64,000 nt of DNA from an uncultured bacterium (GTDB lineage Bacteria; Chloroflexota; UBA5177; JANWHV01), in assembly GCA_963827235.1 (NCBI GenBank), contig CAWHAE010000016.1, forward strand, positions 864,001-928,000, written 5' to 3'. A program made the position numbers and the translations under genes. Under the pieces are notes generated by a model. It worked only from the letters and a program-made list of their open reading frames with translations, ran no database searches and had not been told where the DNA came from. Shown in pieces: positions 10,858 to 20,791 of this stretch (positions are counted from its first letter, which is position 1; every line of letters starts with the position of its first letter).

Positions 10858-10923
10858 CTAGTAGATGAGCCACTGGAGGTATCTTCGGTTGATATCGGGC
10901 AGCGTTTCGCACGGTCCGGCAGC

Positions 10924-12291
10924 TTGGTTGGAGCCCACGAGCGCCGAGTGCGCGCCTTGATGCGTGCCCTGGCAGGCGCGGGTCGTGTGCGCCATAGTGC
11001 GCATTGGGCTGTCGTAGTCACCTTTGGCACCATCTTCGGCACCAACATCGTGAACAACGGGCTGGGCGTCGTCTACTGGTGGATCGCCGCGCATCGATAC
11101 ACGCCCAGCGCTGTAGGTCTCGCCGCGGCGGCAATCTCCGCTATGAACCTCCTGGGCATGTTGGGCATGCTGGGTATCGGCACCCTCCTGATGGGAGAGC
11201 TGCCGCGGCGCCCAGACCAGCGGGGCGGCCTGCTCCTGGCGGGCCTATTGTCGGTTATGGGCGCTGGCCTGGTGCTCGGCCTGGCCTTCGCCATAGTGGC
11301 TGCCAGCTTCTCGAGCGCGCTCCGACCAATCGCGAGCAGCGCCGGTACTCTTGCCCTCTTCGCATGCGGCACCGGGCTCACTTCGCTGACTTTGGTGCTC
11401 GATCAGGCGCTGGTCGGCCTGATGCGCGGTCCGCTGCAATTACTGCGCAACGCGGTGTTCGGCATCGCCAAGCTGGCCGCGCTGGCGATCGCAGGCATTT
11501 GGCTGCTGCACGGCGGAGGATCCACGATTGTCGCTACCTGGATCGCCGGTTACGTCGTTTCACTTGCCTTGCTGCTTCGCATGGTGGGCGGGACGAGAAG
11601 GTTGCTCTCACCGCGCTTTGCACTGCTGCGCAGCCTTGGCTGGCAGGCCGTAGGCCACCATGTCTTGAACGTGGCGCTCCAGCTCCAGGGACTCCTGATG
11701 CCGCTCGTCGTCGCTGTCATGCTGTCGGTGACGGCAACCGCGTATTTCAACATGGCCGGTCTGGTATCGACGCTCGTCTACGTTCTTCCGTCGGCGCTGG
11801 CGACAGTGCTCTTCGCGGCTGCCTCCGCCGAGCCGGCGAGCCTGCCGCATCGCCTGCGTTTCTCCCTCGGGCTTTCGTTGGTGCTCACCTGCATAGCCAA
11901 CCTGCTGCTGCTGGTCACCGCTGGCCCGATCCTTGGCGTCTTCGGCTCGTCGTATGCCAGCAACGGCGCGATACCGCTGGTCCTGTTCTCGCTTGGCGCG
12001 ATTCCCATGACGATTCGGGAGCACTACGCCACAATTCAGCGCCTCAAAGGACGGCCCCTCGGTGCAGCCCCGATCGTTCTGGCGGGAGCCCTGGCCCGCA
12101 TCGTCCTCGGCGCGGAGGGCGCGAGGCTCGACGGACTGACCGGACTCGGCATCGGTCTTCTGATCACAGGCTGCGTCGAGGCCCTAGTCCTTGCTCCGGT
12201 CGTGCTGCCCGTGGCATTCGGCGCCACAATCGCGCGCTCCGCCACGCGCACGTCTACATTCGCCAAGGCACCGGGAGCGACTGCGGACTAG
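10924..12291 (+). CDS. Wzx-like polysaccharide flippase (MOP superfamily); start uncertain (TTG 10924 or ATG 10960)
   Basis: About 12 hydrophobic segments. GVVYWWIAAHRY N-terminal motif. Adjacent to the GT2 gene. Confidence 0.75.
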   Translation: MVGAHERRVRALMRALAGAGRVRHSAHWAVVVTFGTIFGTNIVNNGLGVVYWWIAAHRYTPSAVGLAAAAISAMNLLGMLGMLGIGTLLMGELPRRPDQRGGLLLAGLLSVMGAGLVLGLAFAIVAASFSSALRPIASSAGTLALFACGTGLTSLTLVLDQALVGLMRGPLQLLRNAVFGIAKLAALAIAGIWLLHGGGSTIVATWIAGYVVSLALLLRMVGGTRRLLSPRFALLRSLGWQAVGHHVLNVALQLQGLLMPLVVAVMLSVTATAYFNMAGLVSTLVYVLPSALATVLFAAASAEPASLPHRLRFSLGLSLVLTCIANLLLLVTAGPILGVFGSSYASNGAIPLVLFSLGAIPMTIREHYATIQRLKGRPLGAAPIVLAGALARIVLGAEGARLDGLTGLGIGLLITGCVEALVLAPVVLPVAFGATIARSATRTSTFAKAPGATAD

Positions 12292-12616
12292 GGCCGCTGC
12301 CGGCTGCGTGGAGACCAGGAGTGGAGCTACCCACGCCTACGAGCTGTGGAGAGGTCGCACTCAAGGTGGAAGCCCGGCACGACGATCACATGCACGCTTC
12401 CCGGCGGGACCACGACCTCAACATGATCGAGTCTTGACATCCAGCCGCAATCTGAGAGTCGCGATCATCGTGCAAGGGCCGGCAGTGGGGGTGCGACAGC
12501 GCAGATCCCGGGTCACTGCCGGCGCGACTGCCTGGCGGAGTTCGGCCCCTCGTGGCACACTTGGAGAATGTGACTCGACCGGTCGCCAGGTGCCCAGCGA
12601 TAGAGAGGCCCTCAAC

Positions 12617-13393
12617 ATGGCCGCGACCTCGGACGCGTGGAACCCCGCGCAGTACGACAAGTTTCGCTCGGAACGTGCCGCGCCGTTCTTTGACCTGCTG
12701 GCTTTGGTGCGCCCCCGCCCGGGTATGCGCGTGGTGGATCTCGGCTGCGGCACCGGCGAGCTAACGCGCCGACTGCATCACCAGTTGCAGGCTCGGGACA
12801 CCATGGGCATCGACCTTTCGCCGGCGATGCTCGCCAAGAGCGACGCCTATGGCGGGACTGGACTGCACTTTCGGCAGGGCGATATCGCGACCTTCGGCGA
12901 GTCGGACTATGACCTGATCTTCTCCAACGCGGCAATCCACTGGGTGGTCGAGCACGACGGGTTGCTTGCACGCCTGCGAACAGCTCTGGCGCACGGCGGC
13001 CAGCTGGCGGTTCAGGTGCCGGCCAATCATGACCATGCCTCACAGACTGTAGCCGCTGACGTGGCCGCGGAGCCACCGTTTCGCCAGGCCCTCGACGGCT
13101 ATGTCCGCCAGTCTCCGGTGTTGGCGCCTGAGCAGTATGCGCGGGTACTCCATCGTCTCGGCTTTCAGGTCCAGCACGTGCGCCTGCAGGTCTATGCGCA
13201 TGTGCTGCCGTCGCGGGCCGACGTGGTCGAATGGGTGCAGGGTACGCTCCTGACCGACTACGAGGCCCGCCTGCCCCCCGACCTGTTCACGCGATTCCTC
13301 GCGCGCTACCGCGAGTGCCTGCTGCCGCGACTCGAAGCCGAAACGCCATTCTTCTTCCCCTTCAAGCGCATCCTGTTCTGGGCGCAGTTGTAG
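12617..13393 (+). CDS. tam: Trans-aconitate 2-methyltransferase-like SAM methyltransferase
   Basis: WNPAQYDKF..ER..PF.DL, VVDLGCGTG, IFSNAAIHW, LAVQVP and FPFKRI. Confidence 0.8.
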   Translation: MAATSDAWNPAQYDKFRSERAAPFFDLLALVRPRPGMRVVDLGCGTGELTRRLHHQLQARDTMGIDLSPAMLAKSDAYGGTGLHFRQGDIATFGESDYDLIFSNAAIHWVVEHDGLLARLRTALAHGGQLAVQVPANHDHASQTVAADVAAEPPFRQALDGYVRQSPVLAPEQYARVLHRLGFQVQHVRLQVYAHVLPSRADVVEWVQGTLLTDYEARLPPDLFTRFLARYRECLLPRLEAETPFFFPFKRILFWAQL

Positions 13394-13692
13394 AGTAGGC
13401 CGAAGGCAAAGTACTGACTGGCGCCAAGGTGAGTACCGAACATGCAGCGGAAGCAAGAGGTGCCGCCTGACTACGACCAATCAGTGGCTACACGCCCGAT
13501 CTCCGGTTCGGCACGCACCTCCCGCAGGAAAGTCCCGCACGGTAGTCATGCAGGCTAGCCATACCTTCGCCGCTTCAGCGAGCTATTGCGTGACGGCGCG
13601 GAGGTGCCGGGTGCGGGGCCCAAACGGCACAGTGATCTTCACGTGCGCCTTCAGGGCGATTCGGTACGCGGTCGGCCGCGCCTGGAATCGGC

Positions 13693-14724
13693 TCAGGTGT
13701 ACGTGACGCTGCCGAGAACCGCAGCCAGGTTCGCCCGATCCTCGCTGGAGGCAGGTGCCATGATCACGGAGACCACATAGTACGTCAGCGGGCCCTTGCT
13801 TGTGGCGAGGACGCTCATCTCCCCGGCGCGGTGCTGGGAGTCTTTGATCGCTGCCGAGCCCTGGAGATAGCTGACGCCATTGATGGCGGTCGTGCCGTAC
13901 TTGACGCCACCGACGATCGTCGTGCCGTCGTGCAGCAGTGCCGCCAGCGTGGCCTTGAGCACCGCGCTGGCCGTCGCGTGGTGCGCCACGAACACGATCA
14001 GCGCGACGTGCTCGTCAAGCGCGCCGAACACCATCTCCGTGGGTCCAATGCCGGTCAGAACTGAATCGCCGGAGCTCGCCGTTTTCTCGCTGGCCACCAG
14101 CCAGGTCGCCGGGTAGCGGAGCGCATAATGGTCCTGATCATTCGCATAGTGCTTCGAGCTTCCGGAGACGGTGGCGGGAAGAAGCTTGAAACTCCTGAGC
14201 ATCGCCTGGAAGATCGGCAGCCACTCGGACTGGTCGCCTGCTGCCGTGGTGAGCCCGAAGAGCCAATCCGAGCCTTTCCGGACGAGATATGCCTGGATGT
14301 GACCGTTCTCGTCTGTGTACCTGAGAAGCGTCAGATTGTGGCCCGCTACCAGAATCTGCCCAAGCTCGGCGACGCCACTGTAGCCCTCCGATTTGAACTG
14401 GTCTTCGTTTCCCTTGAGCATGCTTGCCTCGGTCGAGGATGCGGCTCCGGGTATACAGGCGACCACAACGTTCACGACGAAGTTGTGGGAGGGCTGGCCA
14501 ATGCTAAAAGCGTCGTACTGGTATGCGCTGAGGGGATTGGGAAGGTTTCCGGTGCTGTGCGTCCAGCTGGCAGGGTAGTCTATCCGAAACGCGTTGATCG
14601 CGCTGTGGAAAGTCACCATGTGCGATGCCTTCGGTGTGCCAGCGTATGCGGCACGGAAGGGGATCGATGCGACGAGGATGGTGCCGAACGCGAGGGCAGC
14701 AAGGGCGCTGAAGCTCGGTCGCAA
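13693..14724 (-). CDS. Secreted protein with two tandem PsbP/DcrB-like domains
   Basis: Signal peptide (AYA). Duplicated FRIDYPASW / YALRYPATW starts and MLRSFK / VLGSVT ends. Confidence 0.6.
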   Translation of the reverse strand: MRPSFSALAALAFGTILVASIPFRAAYAGTPKASHMVTFHSAINAFRIDYPASWTHSTGNLPNPLSAYQYDAFSIGQPSHNFVVNVVVACIPGAASSTEASMLKGNEDQFKSEGYSGVAELGQILVAGHNLTLLRYTDENGHIQAYLVRKGSDWLFGLTTAAGDQSEWLPIFQAMLRSFKLLPATVSGSSKHYANDQDHYALRYPATWLVASEKTASSGDSVLTGIGPTEMVFGALDEHVALIVFVAHHATASAVLKATLAALLHDGTTIVGGVKYGTTAINGVSYLQGSAAIKDSQHRAGEMSVLATSKGPLTYYVVSVIMAPASSEDRANLAAVLGSVTYT

Positions 14725-14975
14725 GGTGATTCAATCCTTTTTCTACACGTAACTCGGGTCGTTTTCCCGGCGTGACTTCCACCGGCCCAGCCATTATCCG
14801 GGAGAAAGGCGCGACCGTACAGAAGCCCGATCTGGGGATGCCGGATCGGATATCTTGGTCCCGCGAGCCGGATCTTGGCTGATCGACGCCTATGCCGTTC
14901 GGCGAGCACAGAACACCAGTGCAGGGCACATCCTGGCCGGCAGCGCCGACCGCGACCGGGCCAGCGGACACCAAC

Positions 14976-16547
14976 TCAGGTGGTCTTAACCGGTGCCGAA
15001 ACCACCCAGGTGCCCCAGTTGTTCACCTTGTCCCGCGCACGGACACGGAAAGTGTAGGTGTTGCCCGGCTGCGCCTGCCTGTATAGCACGACGGTCGCGT
15101 GAGCGGCTGCCGCCACGGTCTGCCAGGCACCGCCGTTCACCCTGACCTGCACCTCCGCGTAGGCGACCCCGGACCCCGGGGTCGGGTCCTGCGCCGTCCA
15201 GTATAGCTGGATGGTTCCCGGCCCCAGGTTGATGACCTTGGTGATCTGCGTGGCCGGCCCTACTACGTCGTAGAACTCGGGCGTGTAGAAGAGGTTTAGG
15301 CCGGGCTCGGTAGTGTTACTGCACGCCTGGAGGACGCGAAAGACCGGACCGTCAAAGGCCAAGACCGGGCGCAGGCAGTTGGTCGGCGTTGCCGGCCGTA
15401 GCACAGTCTCCGTGAAGTGGCCCGGCAATCCCGTCAGCACGTGGATATACTCGTGAGACTGTCCGCTCGGCTTGGCGCAAAAGCCGCCCCAGCGGTAGGC
15501 AAGTGCAAGGCGGCCGGGCACAGCCGCCACGGCCACGTCGAACTTCTCGCAGTTGAAAGGGTCCTGGGTGATGCGACGCACCGTCCAGCCTGAGCCGGAC
15601 TTATGCGTGCCCAGGAATACGTCGACGTAGGAGAAGCTGGTATTGGGCTTGGTGGACAGTGCATAGACCACGTAGGTCGTCCCGCCGCTTGCCGCTACCC
15701 GATAGTCCCCGTAATAGCCGCTGATATCCGCCAGCTTGCTCATCGGCGTCGACGCAGGTGCCGACCAGGCACCGCCCGCGCCCTGCGCGATGTACCATAG
15801 GCCGGTAGTATTGGTGTCGTCGAGCGCCATGAGCACGAAGCGCCCCGTCGTCCCGTCGTAGGCGAGGCGTTGCGTGCGGAATCCATTGGACTTGGCAGAG
15901 ACGCAGCTCGTCAGATCCTGTGGCTGGGACCAGGTCGATGCGCTGAATGTGAGCGCGATGACGTCGGCGATGCCATTGGTGCAGGCCGGCTTGATACCAA
16001 AGCCAACGGGGTTACCGAGAAAGGCAACGGCGACCTTACCGCCGCCGGCAGCGAGTGCTATATTCGCTGGGATTTCGTTGGCTGCCGTGGTCTTGACTAC
16101 CGTGATCGGTCCCTGCCAGGTGGTCCCCTCGTTGTCCGACGTGTAAAGGAGGAGTCCAGCCGTCACCGGCCAGGCGGCATAGAGGCGGTGAATACTCGGA
16201 TCGACGGCCAGGAGTGCGCGCGCCGCGTCCCCGGCCCCCGCGAACGCCGGCCCCACGGCGGCCAGCAGCCGCGTCTGCCAGGTGCCGGAGGCGTTAGTGG
16301 TGAAGTAAACCTGGTAGTAGGTGTGCTTCCCCACGGGATCGCCGAGCCAGAGTACATAGGCGTGGTTCCTGTACGTGGCCATGGACGGCGCGGACTTGTT
16401 CGTCGCGGAAAAGGTTGCCTGCTGCGTAGCCAGCCAGATTGGTCCGCCGGCCGAAACTGGCGTCACGGGCGCAAGAAGGAGCGCAAGCAACAGTCCGGCC
16501 AGCGCGACACACCCTACAACGCCTCGTCTCTTCAGTCCTCTTGCCAT
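14976..16547 (-). CDS. Secreted beta-propeller-like protein with C-terminal fibronectin type III domain
   Basis: GGGAG RBS and signal peptide. Asp-box-like SDNEGTTW. C-terminal DPTPGSGVAY...GNTYTFRVRARDKVNN FN3 motif. Confidence 0.65.
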   Translation of the reverse strand: MARGLKRRGVVGCVALAGLLLALLLAPVTPVSAGGPIWLATQQATFSATNKSAPSMATYRNHAYVLWLGDPVGKHTYYQVYFTTNASGTWQTRLLAAVGPAFAGAGDAARALLAVDPSIHRLYAAWPVTAGLLLYTSDNEGTTWQGPITVVKTTAANEIPANIALAAGGGKVAVAFLGNPVGFGIKPACTNGIADVIALTFSASTWSQPQDLTSCVSAKSNGFRTQRLAYDGTTGRFVLMALDDTNTTGLWYIAQGAGGAWSAPASTPMSKLADISGYYGDYRVAASGGTTYVVYALSTKPNTSFSYVDVFLGTHKSGSGWTVRRITQDPFNCEKFDVAVAAVPGRLALAYRWGGFCAKPSGQSHEYIHVLTGLPGHFTETVLRPATPTNCLRPVLAFDGPVFRVLQACSNTTEPGLNLFYTPEFYDVVGPATQITKVINLGPGTIQLYWTAQDPTPGSGVAYAEVQVRVNGGAWQTVAAAAHATVVLYRQAQPGNTYTFRVRARDKVNNWGTWVVSAPVKTT

Positions 16548-16864
16548 GACTCGACTCCCATCGTGCGCAGGTCCACCCAAGGGACCCCAGCGCCCACGCC
16601 GCGACCGGCAGGAACGCTAACGCTGTGAGGCAAAGCTTAGCACAATCAATCGTATTTTCACAGTATTCGCTGTGTTTACCTGCTGAATCCACGTTTATGC
16701 GTGCCCCGGCTTGGCTTTGGGACCGCATGGTTTAGGAGGCCGGCCGGTCCGCGCCGCCACCGCCACCGCCGGCATCCAGGACCGTCGTCGAAGGCGTAAT
16801 GGACCGTCTCCGGCCGCTAGCTCGCCGGCCGGTCCGCGCCGCCGCCGCCAGCGGGACGGAACTG

Positions 16865-17986
16865 TCAAGGGCGTCGGACCGGGCGGAAGCGGCTCATTGT
16901 TCGCGAAGATCGGCGTGAGGAGGGAGGACGGATTGGGGTGGCCTTCTCGCGGTAGCCGCGAGCAGCGGGTATGGCTTCCGGCGAGCTGCTCTCACGCACC
17001 TGGAGCGTGAAGGCGGGTTCGATGCGCTCAGGCGGTCCGGTGCGGCTGCCGTCGATGCGCCCCATCAGCAATGACACGGCCAGGCGGCCGATCGCGCCCT
17101 TGTCAGGAGAGATGCTCGTAAGAGCCGGCGTCGCGAAGTGACCTTCCTCAAGGTCATCGAACCCAACCACCGCTATGTCCTGTGGGATGCGGTAGCCAGT
17201 CTCATGGAGCGCTCGCAAGGCACCGATCGCCAGCATGTCGCTCAGACAGAATACCGCATCCGGCGGTTCCGGCAGCACAAGCAGGCGTCGCATGGCCTGT
17301 GCCCCGGCCGCGCGATTCCACTCGTCGCACTGGACCAGCAAAGAAGGATCGGCCGTAATACCGGCATCCGAGAGAGCCTGCAGGAAACCCTGCAGACGCA
17401 ACGTCGCCGCGCCTTCCGTCTTCCGCCGATCCACCCCGATCACACCCAACCGGCGCCGGCCCAACCGGAGCAAATGCCGAGTCGCCGTGTGCGCGGCTCT
17501 GACATTGTCTATCACCACGTGGTCCAGAGGAACACCCAGGAGCTGTTCCCCAAGTAGCACCACCGGCACGTGAGCTTGATGCAGCTGCAGATCGACGTGT
17601 TCGAGCGCCTGCGCGTCCAGGATTACTCCGTCGATCGCGTGCGAGCCCAGCCCGCGGATCACTTCCAGCTCTCGTGCCCGATCGAAGCGGGTATGGTCCA
17701 GCAGCACGGTGTAGCCAAATGAGGCTGCCTCCGCAACCACGGTGTTCCCCAAATCGGCATAGTAAGGATTGACCAGGTCAGGGATCGCCAGGGCGATCAG
17801 ACCGACCCGGCCCCGCCGGAGAGAGCGCGCCGCGGCGTTGGGCGTGTAGCCGAGCGTCGCGATCGACGACAATACTTGCAGGCGCGTCTCTTCCGCCACT
17901 CGGGCAGTCTTGCCGTGCACCACGTTGGACACCGTTTGCGCTGAGACACCGGCGTGCACCGCCACGTCCTTGAGCTTGACAGCCAC
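16865..17986 (-). CDS. LacI-family transcriptional regulator
   Basis: LKDVAVHAGVSAQTVSNV HTH, YTPNAAARSL hinge, IPQDIAVVGFDD. GAGGAGG RBS before GTG. Confidence 0.95.
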   Translation of the reverse strand: MAVKLKDVAVHAGVSAQTVSNVVHGKTARVAEETRLQVLSSIATLGYTPNAAARSLRRGRVGLIALAIPDLVNPYYADLGNTVVAEAASFGYTVLLDHTRFDRARELEVIRGLGSHAIDGVILDAQALEHVDLQLHQAHVPVVLLGEQLLGVPLDHVVIDNVRAAHTATRHLLRLGRRRLGVIGVDRRKTEGAATLRLQGFLQALSDAGITADPSLLVQCDEWNRAAGAQAMRRLLVLPEPPDAVFCLSDMLAIGALRALHETGYRIPQDIAVVGFDDLEEGHFATPALTSISPDKGAIGRLAVSLLMGRIDGSRTGPPERIEPAFTLQVRESSSPEAIPAARGYREKATPIRPPSSRRSSRTMSRFRPVRRP

Positions 17987-18005
17987 GCCCTCCTCCTCTC
18001 TCGCT

Positions 18006-18017
18006 TTTAACGTTACA
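18006..18017. promoter_or_regulatory. Candidate LacI-family operator (autoregulatory site)
   Basis: TTTAACGTTACA, a near-palindrome with a central CG, about 20 bp upstream of the regulator start. Confidence 0.65.
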
Positions 18018-18252
18018 CTAACTTCGCCCCAAACAGTGTCTGCGATGGGCTCTGACGACGCATCCTCCCGCGTGATGCCGGCCGGCCTCCTGGCGGGAGG
18101 GCTCCACCCTGCCGTGTATGCTGCGCATGCTGGAGTATACCGCGCCGGGGACTAGTCAGGCCAGAGTAAAACCATCGCTCCCCTGCAACACCACCTTACG
18201 AAGAGCACCGGATGGGATAGCCGCGCAGGAGCCGCCGGGCAGCCGCGCCCGC

Positions 18253-18281
18253 TTGACACCCGCTGGCGGGCATGCTAGAGT
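18253..18281 (+). promoter_or_regulatory. Sigma70-type promoter of the sugar operon
   Basis: TTGACA-17 bp-TAGAGT with an extended -10 TG. Confidence 0.8.
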
Positions 18282-18283
18282 GG

Positions 18284-18295
18284 TTTAACGTCAAA
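18284..18295. promoter_or_regulatory. Candidate LacI-family operator over the transcription start
   Basis: TTTAACGTCAAA, 10/12 identical to the site at 18006, directly after the -10 box. Confidence 0.7.
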
Positions 18296-18406
18296 TCAGA
18301 CGCTGTTCCGGCGTTGCACAAGAGGGGAGGTAGTGCAGGCTCACCGAGGAGTCGCAAGGCCGCAGGAGATCGTCGAGGACGCCGTACTCAAAGGAGAATG
18401 AACGTA

Positions 18407-19795
18407 ATGACCACCGAGCATGATCCTGTACAAGACGCTGACGCATCGGGCACCGGCATACTCACACGCCGTACACTGCTCAAAGGGGCGGCCACCGCGG
18501 CAGGAGCGGCGCTGCTCGCGACGCCGCTCGCCACGAAGATAGCCGCCACGCCCGCGCTCGCTGCTCCAGCCTACCTTCCGCCCCCGGACGGCACGATCAC
18601 GATCTGGGATCGTGCGGGGGATCTTTTTCACGTGTTCGACGCGGTGATCCCCGCATTCAACAAGAAGTACCCGCGCATTAAGGTCAATCACGTTGCCGTG
18701 GACGTGGACTCCAAGCTTCCCACGACGCTCGCCACCGGGGTAGCCGTGCCGGACGGCGCATTCTATGAGGACAATAATCTGCCGGAGCAACGCGCGCACT
18801 TCTACGACATCACCGACTGGATCAAGCCGTACGTCAAGGACCTTGTGCCGTTCAAGGTCACCGTCAATAGCGACAGCAGTGGTCGTATCCTGGGTGTGCC
18901 CTGGGATCTTGATCCTGGCCTCCTGTATTATCGCGAGGATCTCTTGCAACAGGTTGGCGTCGACCCCGCGTCAATCGCGACCTACGATGACCTGTTCAAT
19001 GTCGCCCAGACCCTGAAGCAGAAGCTGGGCGCCAAGGTGAAGCCGATCCATCTGGAACAGGATCCGGGCCTCACGCTGCTGTGGACGGAAATGTTCGCCA
19101 ATCAGCAGGGTGTGAGCATGGTGGACACCAGGGGCAAGCTCACCATCAACACAGGCCCGTATCTCAAGATCATGCAGTGGTACAAGAAAGTGAGCGATGC
19201 CGGTCTGGGAACGCATGCGGTCTATACTGGACCCGGCGATCTCGCCGCGCTCGACAGCGGTCAGGAGGCCCTCTACCCCTGGGCTATCTGGTACTCGTAT
19301 GCACCGCAGTTCCAGCTCAAGAAGACGAAGGGCCTGTGGCGCGCCATGCCGCTGCCGGCATGGACCCCGGGCGGAGCACGCGGCGCCGTGATGGGCGGCA
19401 GCTCGTTCATCATTCCCAAACAGGCCAAGAATCCCTATCTGGCCTGGCTCTGGTTTGAGTTCCTCACTATGCAACCGCAGGGCTATGCCGCGGTCTATGG
19501 CCCCAACAAGCTCTATCCGGGTGGCCTCAACACGTCCATGCCCTCGTACCTGCCGGCTCTGGAACACCAGCTTTTCAAGAATGTGCCGGCCCTGGGCGGG
19601 CAGAACCTTTGGCAGGTGGCCTACAGTACCGTGAACTCGATTCCCGGCACCTACTATTACCCCACCTGGTACAACCAGGCCGCTTCATACTTCGGTGCCA
19701 ATATCCAACGCCTTCTCGCTGGGTCGATGACGCCTCAACAGGTGCTCACGCAGTCCTCCAGCCAGATCCAGCAGAATCTGGTCAATCGAGCCTGA
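18407..19795 (+). CDS. Carbohydrate ABC transporter substrate-binding protein (Tat signal)
   Basis: AAGGAG RBS. TRRTLLK twin-arginine motif, LYYREDLL, and family-1 SBP layout. Confidence 0.9.
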   Translation: MTTEHDPVQDADASGTGILTRRTLLKGAATAAGAALLATPLATKIAATPALAAPAYLPPPDGTITIWDRAGDLFHVFDAVIPAFNKKYPRIKVNHVAVDVDSKLPTTLATGVAVPDGAFYEDNNLPEQRAHFYDITDWIKPYVKDLVPFKVTVNSDSSGRILGVPWDLDPGLLYYREDLLQQVGVDPASIATYDDLFNVAQTLKQKLGAKVKPIHLEQDPGLTLLWTEMFANQQGVSMVDTRGKLTINTGPYLKIMQWYKKVSDAGLGTHAVYTGPGDLAALDSGQEALYPWAIWYSYAPQFQLKKTKGLWRAMPLPAWTPGGARGAVMGGSSFIIPKQAKNPYLAWLWFEFLTMQPQGYAAVYGPNKLYPGGLNTSMPSYLPALEHQLFKNVPALGGQNLWQVAYSTVNSIPGTYYYPTWYNQAASYFGANIQRLLAGSMTPQQVLTQSSSQIQQNLVNRA

Positions 19796-19805
19796 GAGTG
19801 AGCAG

Positions 19806-19844
19806 GGAAGCCGGCCACGTCGTGCGGCGACGCGGCCGGCTTCC
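19806..19844 (+). other. Intercistronic stem-loop after the SBP gene
   Basis: GGAAGCCGGCCACGTCG-TGCGG-CGACGCGGCCGGCTTCC (16/17 paired). Position typical of mRNA-stabilising hairpins in ABC operons. Confidence 0.6.
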
Positions 19845-19864
19845 TCTGGAACCAGGAGTCGGCC

Positions 19865-20791
19865 ATGCACCGAGTCGAAGCGCTCAACCGTCCGTCGTCG
19901 GCAACAGGCTACGCAGGTCTGCGCAGGTGGCTGGGAGGCAGCTACGCCCCCTATCTGTTCATTGCCCCGTTCTTCATCCTGTTTGCCTGCTTCAGTCTCT
20001 ATCCGCTGCTGTATGCGCTGCGGCTGAGCTTCACCTATTGGCATGGCGCGGGCGTACCGCGGTGGATCGGGTTGAGCAACTATACCTATCTGTTGACCAA
20101 CACCTTCTTTTGGCAATCCATCGCCACTTCAGGCGTGATCTGGCTGCTGATCGTCCCTGGACAAACGATCTTCGCCATCCTGGCGGCCGTCGTATTGTCG
20201 GGCCAGGGCCTGCGCTTCCGCTGGTTCTTCCGCACCGCCTTTCTCACTCCCTATGTCGTGCCGCTTGTCGCCGTGGCCCAGGTCTGGCTCATACTCTTTG
20301 ACCAGGAATTCGGCGCGATAAACACGTTGCTTCAACTCGTGCATCTGCCTGCCGTGGGTTGGTTGACCGACGCGTCGTGGGCCAAGCCTACCCTGGCGCT
20401 TCTAGTCCTCTGGAAGAGCAGCGGCTTCGCGATCGTGATCATGCTGGCGTCGCTGCAGAGCATCCCGCAAGAGCTCTACGAGGCGGCGGTGATCGATGGG
20501 GCAGGTGCCCAGGCACAGTTCTGGCGTATCACGGTGCCGCTCCTCCGGCCCGCCATTAGCTTCTTCATCATCATCTCCACGCTGAATGTGATTCAGATGT
20601 TCGCCGAGCCCTATGTGCTTACGCAGGGTGGACCGTTTAACTCGACCACCACGGCCGGTTATCTCCTGTACAGCTACATCCAGAATGCCGACTACGGCAC
20701 AGGTGCCGCGAATTCGTTCTTGCTCATGGTGCTGGTCGTGATGGTGGCACTGGTGTTGCTACGACTACTGCGCACCACCGAGGAGGCATAA
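19865..20791 (+). CDS. Carbohydrate ABC transporter permease 1
   Basis: YLFIAP, IGLSNY and the EAA loop ELYEAAVIDGA. Confidence 0.95.
   Translation: MHRVEALNRPSSATGYAGLRRWLGGSYAPYLFIAPFFILFACFSLYPLLYALRLSFTYWHGAGVPRWIGLSNYTYLLTNTFFWQSIATSGVIWLLIVPGQTIFAILAAVVLSGQGLRFRWFFRTAFLTPYVVPLVAVAQVWLILFDQEFGAINTLLQLVHLPAVGWLTDASWAKPTLALLVLWKSSGFAIVIMLASLQSIPQELYEAAVIDGAGAQAQFWRITVPLLRPAISFFIIISTLNVIQMFAEPYVLTQGGPFNSTTTAGYLLYSYIQNADYGTGAANSFLLMVLVVMVALVLLRLLRTTEEA

Noticed and set aside
11004-12437. 477-aa Arg-rich ORF overlapping the flippase
   Set aside because: Alternative frame of a hydrophobic high-GC gene, with non-protein-like composition.
13400-13560. c-di-GMP-I riboswitch suggested by GGCAAA
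   Set aside because: No GNRA/receptor stems or GCAAA junction in the expected arrangement.
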